In this document: one piece after another, positions 37,594 through 41,964 of the stretch
Layout: every line of letters starts with the position of its first letter
Numbering within the stretch: position 1 is the first letter of the stretch
Assembly: GCA_031416315.1 (NCBI GenBank)
Contig: JANOTL010000119.1
Location: forward strand, 1 to 41,964
DNA: 41,964 bases
Source: Pseudomonadota bacterium
GTDB lineage: Bacteria > Bdellovibrionota_B > Oligoflexia > Oligoflexales > CAIYRB01
Direction: 5' to 3'
The notes under the pieces: model-generated
Told to the model about the DNA's origin: nothing
The model's database searches: none
Seen by the model: only the letters and a program-made list of their open reading frames with translations
Program-made: the position numbers and the translations under genes

Positions 37594-38085
37594 GTGGCCG
37601 ACGAAGCCTGGCTCAAGCATCTCGCGTCGGCGACCCTCAAAGGGACCTTCCTTGCGCCCGAGGACCCGCGCGAGGTCGAGCGCCTCGCCGCGTCGCGCAT
37701 CGAGGCCGCGATCCACGAGCTCTATGAAGAAGCGCAGGAAGCGGCCGTCGTCTACAACGACCACGTGCGCACCGGGCGGACCGTCGCCGTGCTGCCGGCG
37801 ACTCCCGACGCCAAAGCCGGGGCTGGGGCGGCGAAACCCGGCGAGGTGGGCTTCATGCTCCTCCTGGGCGGCGCTCAGATCTCCCTGATCTATCGCCCGC
37901 ACGTCCTCGAGGCGACGCTCGTCGCCATGGACGGCTTCCGCCGTGTGGCGCGGCCGCTCCACCGCTTCGAGCCGCACGTCGATCCCTTCGGCTCCGTGGC
38001 CTGGAACATGGATAACGCCTTGCTTCTCACCAACGAGCTGATTATGAAAAGACTCTTCGAAGACTTACGGAGAGCTGCCCCATGA
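37594..38085 (+). CDS. Hypothetical protein (163 aa)
   Basis: GTG 37594 after AAGGGGG; ATGA overlap with the next gene. Confidence 0.75.
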   Translation: MADEAWLKHLASATLKGTFLAPEDPREVERLAASRIEAAIHELYEEAQEAAVVYNDHVRTGRTVAVLPATPDAKAGAGAAKPGEVGFMLLLGGAQISLIYRPHVLEATLVAMDGFRRVARPLHRFEPHVDPFGSVAWNMDNALLLTNELIMKRLFEDLRRAAP

Positions 38086-38381
38086 GAATCAAGTTCGCCG
38101 AGACCGACCGCCAGAAAGTGCTCGCCGCCATCCAAACGACGATGGGCGATCGCAAGCTCGGGGACATGGTCTCCTTCAAGCTGGTGGCCGGCGGCCTCGA
38201 CGTCGTGATCTCGAAGATGGGCACCTCCACCATCTCCTTCAAGGAGAAGATGATGGACGACGGCATCGAGTACACGCTGGCAAACGAGAAGATCGCCTTC
38301 ACGCACAAGCCGTTCAAAGACGAAGTCACGCAGAAGATCGCCAAGGTGATCCAGTCCTCCGGCGGCAAAGTCACGGCGTGA
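38082..38381 (+). CDS. Hypothetical protein (99 aa)
   Basis: Strong codon bias; coupled by ATGA and GTGA overlaps on both sides. Confidence 0.85.
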   Translation: MRIKFAETDRQKVLAAIQTTMGDRKLGDMVSFKLVAGGLDVVISKMGTSTISFKEKMMDDGIEYTLANEKIAFTHKPFKDEVTQKIAKVIQSSGGKVTA

Positions 38382-39994
38382 GCACGGGCCCGGTCCCGGC
38401 CTACTCGCCTGTGTGGCATCGCGCCCTGGCGCGTGCCGTCGACGAGCTGTCTACGGAGACGTACGAGATCTCCGGGCTAGCGCTGATGGAGACCGCGGGG
38501 CGCGGCGTCGCCGAGATCGTCGAAAAGCTCGCCGAAGCCGAGCACCGTGACGTTCTCGTCTTGGTCGGCCGCGGCAACAATGGCGGCGACGCCGCGGTCG
38601 CGGCGCGGCATCTGGAAGGCGCCGGCTTCGCCGTGCGGATCTTCCTCGTCGGCTACGACGAGGGTCCCACCGCGCGCCCTGCGAGCGAGAGCAACGTCGC
38701 GCAGCTGCGCACCGCGAAGGCGATCGGGATCCCCGTCCAGCCGTGGCGCCCCGGCGCCCTCGTCGCCGCGGCGGCCGGGGGCACGCCAATCATCGTCGAC
38801 GGCGTCCTCGGGCTTGGCTTTCGCGGCCCCCTAGTTCCTGGGTCTCCGGTGTACGCCGCGCTCGCCGAAGCGGCGACGCTCGCAGGCGAAGTTTTCGCCG
38901 TCGACCTGCCGAGCGGGCTGGACTGCGACTCCGGCGAAGCACAAGACGTGCCGCTCGCAGCGGACGTCACCGTCACCTTCGGCGCGCGCAAGCCGGCGCA
39001 CGTCCTCGCGCCGGCGCGCGACGTCTGCGGTCACGTCGTTTGCCTCGAGATCGGCTTTCCGCCGGCCGCCGCGACGGCTGCCCGCGCCGTCCACGGCCTC
39101 GTCTTCGTGGAGCCCGACGCGAAATCGATCATCCGCGTGAGTCCGTGGGACGAGCTCGCGCCGAGCGCCAACAAGTATGACCGAGGTCACGTCTTGGTGA
39201 TCGGCGGCAGCCCCGGAAAGACGGGCGCGCCGATGCTCGCGGGACTCGCCGCCCTCCGCTCGGGCGCCGGCTGGGCGACGCTTGCGATGCCCGACGCCGC
39301 TCTGCTGACGATGGCGGGCGAGACGCCGCCCGAGCTCACTTTCGAAGCGCTTTTCGACGGCAACGAGGTCAACGCGATCAACCTCGAGCGCTTCCTGACC
39401 GAGCGCAAGGTTCGCGCCGTCGTCGTCGGACCGGGCTCGATGACGAGCCCGGTCACGCCGGAGGTCTTCGGCGTGCTCGAGAACTTCACGAAGGACGGCG
39501 GCTTCGTGGTGCTCGACGCGGGCGCGACACACGGAGCGTACGCGCTCTTGGCCTCGGCGCCCGGCGATGCCGCTCAGTGGCTCCTCACGCCGCATCCGGG
39601 CGAATGGCGGCGCATGGGACCGGAGTTCGACTTCGCGCCCCTCGACCCGACGGGCGTGACGCGCGCTCGGAAGCTCGCGCGCGAAATGGGCGCGACTCTC
39701 GTTTACAAAGGCGCGACTCCGGTCGTCATTGCCGGCGCCCTCGCGGCGGAGCCTGCCTACGTCGTCACCGAAGGCAGCTCGACACTCGCGCGCGCGGGCT
39801 CGGGCGACGTGCTGGCCGGCGTCGCAGGCGCACACGGGGCCGCAGGCCTCGACGCCGTGACGACCGCGTTGCGCAGCCAGATCGCGATCGCGTGGGCGGC
39901 GACCTTGGCGGCAGAGACGCATGGAGAGCACGCGGTGCTCGCGACCGATGTGCTGGCCTCGCTCGGCAAAGTGACGCAGCTCTTCGACGTCTGA
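38378..39994 (+). CDS. nnr: Bifunctional NAD(P)H-hydrate epimerase/dehydratase (YjeF)
   Basis: LMETAG, GRGNNGGD, VDGVLGLG, AVDLPSG; NKYDRG.VLVIGGS, ALRSGAG, TPHPGE, GSGDVLAG. Confidence 0.95.
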   Translation: MSTGPVPAYSPVWHRALARAVDELSTETYEISGLALMETAGRGVAEIVEKLAEAEHRDVLVLVGRGNNGGDAAVAARHLEGAGFAVRIFLVGYDEGPTARPASESNVAQLRTAKAIGIPVQPWRPGALVAAAAGGTPIIVDGVLGLGFRGPLVPGSPVYAALAEAATLAGEVFAVDLPSGLDCDSGEAQDVPLAADVTVTFGARKPAHVLAPARDVCGHVVCLEIGFPPAAATAARAVHGLVFVEPDAKSIIRVSPWDELAPSANKYDRGHVLVIGGSPGKTGAPMLAGLAALRSGAGWATLAMPDAALLTMAGETPPELTFEALFDGNEVNAINLERFLTERKVRAVVVGPGSMTSPVTPEVFGVLENFTKDGGFVVLDAGATHGAYALLASAPGDAAQWLLTPHPGEWRRMGPEFDFAPLDPTGVTRARKLAREMGATLVYKGATPVVIAGALAAEPAYVVTEGSSTLARAGSGDVLAGVAGAHGAAGLDAVTTALRSQIAIAWAATLAAETHGEHAVLATDVLASLGKVTQLFDV

Positions 39995-40206
39995 TCGTCT
40001 GCCGTCGGCGCGAAACGGTCGAAACGCTTTCGCGTGTCGCGATTTCGAGGCATCCGTCGCATCGGCCGGGACGCGCGAAACTGTTCTGCGAACAGTCGTT
40101 TAGCGTTGCAGGCGCGCGCTCGTTCGTCGAAAACCAAAGTCGTCAAACTGAGTTATTTTTTTGTGTTCACGAGATTTCCACGATGCTTCCACGAAAGGAA
40201 TTCGAG

Positions 40207-41721
40207 ATGTTCGTTGCCGCACGGCGCTCCATGTCAGCGCTCGCGTTCGCAGCCACTTGCTTCGGGCTCTCCGCCTGCTCGCCGGTTGAGCCTTCCACCT
40301 CGCAGACGCAAGAGGCCTGGGACGGCGCGAATGCGCCCACCATCTTCGGCGTCCAGAGCGCTCCGTATCTGAACGTCGCCGCGAGCGCTTATCTGCCGGA
40401 CGCCAAGCTCGGTTGGAGCGGCGATTACTGGCCGACGATCAAAGGCGGCATCTCGGACCGCTGGCAGACCAACCGCAGCGACAGCGAGGACTACACCAAC
40501 CATGTCTACGCTCCGCTGACCGCACAGGCCGCCTCGCGCCTTACGAATGCCCAGCTCGACAAGCTGTCCCCGGCCGAGAAATATGACATTTTGACGGGTC
40601 GCCTCGACTTCCCGCTGACGCGCGCCGAGAAGGGCGCGGTCCTCGCCGCCCGCGACGCAAGCGGCGACGTCCCGAGCTGGCACGGCATCTGTCACGGCTG
40701 GTCGGCCGCCTCGATTCGCGAGAAGCAGCCGGGCAAGGCCGCACGCGTCGACCTCGGCGCAGGCCGCAGCCTAACGTTCAACTACGGCGACCTTCAAGCG
40801 CTCGCCTCGCGCGCTTACGCCGACTTCGACACCTACGACTTCGCCTTTCTGGGCGGCCGCTGCGACGCCCAGACCGTGCGCTTCGACGCGCAAGGCCGCG
40901 CTGTCGACTCGGAATGCCGTGACGTCAACCCGGGCGCGTTTCACCTGATTCTTGGCGACTACCTCGGACGCCGTCAGGAGTCCTTCATCGCCGACGTCCA
41001 CAACGGCGAGCAAGTCTGGAACCAGCCGATCGTCGGCTACAAGCTCACCTACTCAAATGAGCGCGGCCTGCAAGGCGACCGTCTCGCCGGCTACCGAGCC
41101 CCGGGCACGCAGCGTCTCGTCGACGTCTCGGCCCAGCTCTTCTACCTCCTGGAGTCGAACACGAGCCTCGAGCCGACGCGCCCGTATTACGACAGCGTCA
41201 CGGTCACCTACTCGCTCGAGCTCGACTCGCGCGGCTACGTGCTGGGCGGCGAGTGGACGAGCAAGGATCGTCCGGACTTCCTGTGGTCGGTGCGCTCGGC
41301 GCCGCGCACGAACTCGAGCTCGCTCATCGACTACAACACCGTGAAGCGCCTTCTCGACCTGTCGCACGGCAACCAGCCCCTGCCGGATCCGACGCCCGAT
41401 CCGGATCCGATTCCCGATCCGGATCCGACCCCCGGCCCAGTGACGCTCACCGTCTCGGACTTCCGCCTGGTCAACGACATCGGCCTCCGTCCGGTCGCCG
41501 TGGCCACCGGCTACGCGTACGGTCAGGGCGCCGATGCCGTCGAGATGGTCGCCGACCTCGGCAACGGCGATCTGCGCGTCCTCGACGGGCAGCCGGTCTC
41601 CGCCGACGGCCGCTTCGAGCTGCGCGGTCGCGTGGCGCTGCGCGCCGCGGGCATCGTCATCCGCGTCATCGACCGGAACGGCAGAGTCTTGCGAGTCGAG
41701 ACCGTCGCCTGGGGCACTTGA
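40207..41721 (+). CDS. Transglutaminase-elicitor (GP42-like) domain lipoprotein with Pro/Asp linker and C-terminal beta-sandwich-like domain
   Basis: Start ATG 40207 (AAAGGA RBS), lipobox LSA-C. WSGDYWP..GI..RW, LSPAEKYD, SWHGICHGW (catalytic Cys), DVNPGAFH, EQVWNQP, YSLELD..G...GGEW...PDFLW. Confidence 0.8.
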   Translation: MFVAARRSMSALAFAATCFGLSACSPVEPSTSQTQEAWDGANAPTIFGVQSAPYLNVAASAYLPDAKLGWSGDYWPTIKGGISDRWQTNRSDSEDYTNHVYAPLTAQAASRLTNAQLDKLSPAEKYDILTGRLDFPLTRAEKGAVLAARDASGDVPSWHGICHGWSAASIREKQPGKAARVDLGAGRSLTFNYGDLQALASRAYADFDTYDFAFLGGRCDAQTVRFDAQGRAVDSECRDVNPGAFHLILGDYLGRRQESFIADVHNGEQVWNQPIVGYKLTYSNERGLQGDRLAGYRAPGTQRLVDVSAQLFYLLESNTSLEPTRPYYDSVTVTYSLELDSRGYVLGGEWTSKDRPDFLWSVRSAPRTNSSSLIDYNTVKRLLDLSHGNQPLPDPTPDPDPIPDPDPTPGPVTLTVSDFRLVNDIGLRPVAVATGYAYGQGADAVEMVADLGNGDLRVLDGQPVSADGRFELRGRVALRAAGIVIRVIDRNGRVLRVETVAWGT

Positions 41722-41768
41722 CGGTTTCTTTTCCTGTGTGAATCCCTGAACTATTGAAGGAGATGAAG

Positions 41769-41964
41769 ATGAAGATGACCAAGCTGATCATGATCGCGGC
41801 ACTCGCCCTCAGCGCCCCGGCCTACGCCGGCCAGCGCGGCGGCAACCCTGGCCAAGGCAATCCGGGCCAAGGCAATCCGGGCCAAGGCAATCCGGGCCAA
41901 GGCAATCCGGGCCAAGGCAATCCGGGCCAAGGCAATCCGGGCCAAGGCAATCCGGGCCAAGGCA
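41769..41964 (+). CDS. Secreted Gly/Gln/Asn/Pro repeat protein, 5' part (truncated)
   Basis: AAGGAG RBS; MKMTKLIMIAALALSAPAYA signal peptide, then GQRGGNP(GQGNP)n to the window end. Absent from the supplied ORF track. Confidence 0.85.
   Translation, partial: MKMTKLIMIAALALSAPAYAGQRGGNPGQGNPGQGNPGQGNPGQGNPGQGNPGQGNPGQGNPGQG
41850..41964 (+). repeat. Perfect 15-bp tandem repeat GGCCAAGGCAATCCG (7 full copies + partial)
   Basis: Counted directly; a degenerate copy precedes it and the array runs off the window end. Confidence 0.97.

Noticed and set aside
39995..40206. GAAA-loop stems and GGGACGC resembling a c-di-GMP-I riboswitch upstream of the transglutaminase-like gene
   Set aside because: The elements are not in the required order or spacing and the second conserved stem is absent.
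41751..41960. Minus-strand ORF with (ARIAL)n repeats
   Set aside because: Antisense reading of the 15-bp repeat; the plus frame has the RBS and signal peptide.
41850..41964. Terminal repeat array as CRISPR
   Set aside because: Head-to-tail 15-bp units with no spacers, in frame within a CDS, and no cas genes in the window.

Overview
High-GC bacterial chromosomal window; the gene content suggests a delta-proteobacterial or Bdellovibrionota/Oligoflexia-like organism (inference only). About 40 real CDSs lie among many GC-rich shadow ORFs. I found no rRNA, tRNA, CRISPR array or mobile element. Housekeeping genes: ppiD-like, nadK, an E2-catalytic-domain-only protein, glpX, YkgJ; mreB-mreC-mreD-mrdA-rodA; purC-GNAT; panE; rpoZ; nnr. 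The best candidate for an undescribed system is 1-9195 (minus strand). A translationally coupled unit of two paralogous single-POTRA Omp85-like proteins, a DUF4390-like secreted protein and a HAMP histidine kinase is followed by a sigma54 enhancer-binding response regulator. Directly downstream are two copies of a palindrome (CCTGTTGCC-N4-GGCAACAGG) and a clean sigma54 -24/-12 promoter. That promoter faces an operon encoding a di-CxxCH cytochrome lipoprotein, a second lipoprotein and a Tat-exported protein (truncated). Other highlights: (1) a lipoprotein combining an ATLF-like domain lacking HExxH, a ~115-aa Arg-faced amphipathic helix and TSP3-like repeats; (2) three sigma28-like promoters, two of them ahead of complementarily degenerate pseudo-receiver-TPR genes; (3) a tandem pair of 125-aa unknown paralogs; (4) a TPR + beta-barrel protein with a probable CTG start; (5) a transglutaminase-elicitor-type lipoprotein; (6) a secreted (GQGNP)n repeat protein running off the window end. 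All family calls come from motif recognition by eye, not database searches.
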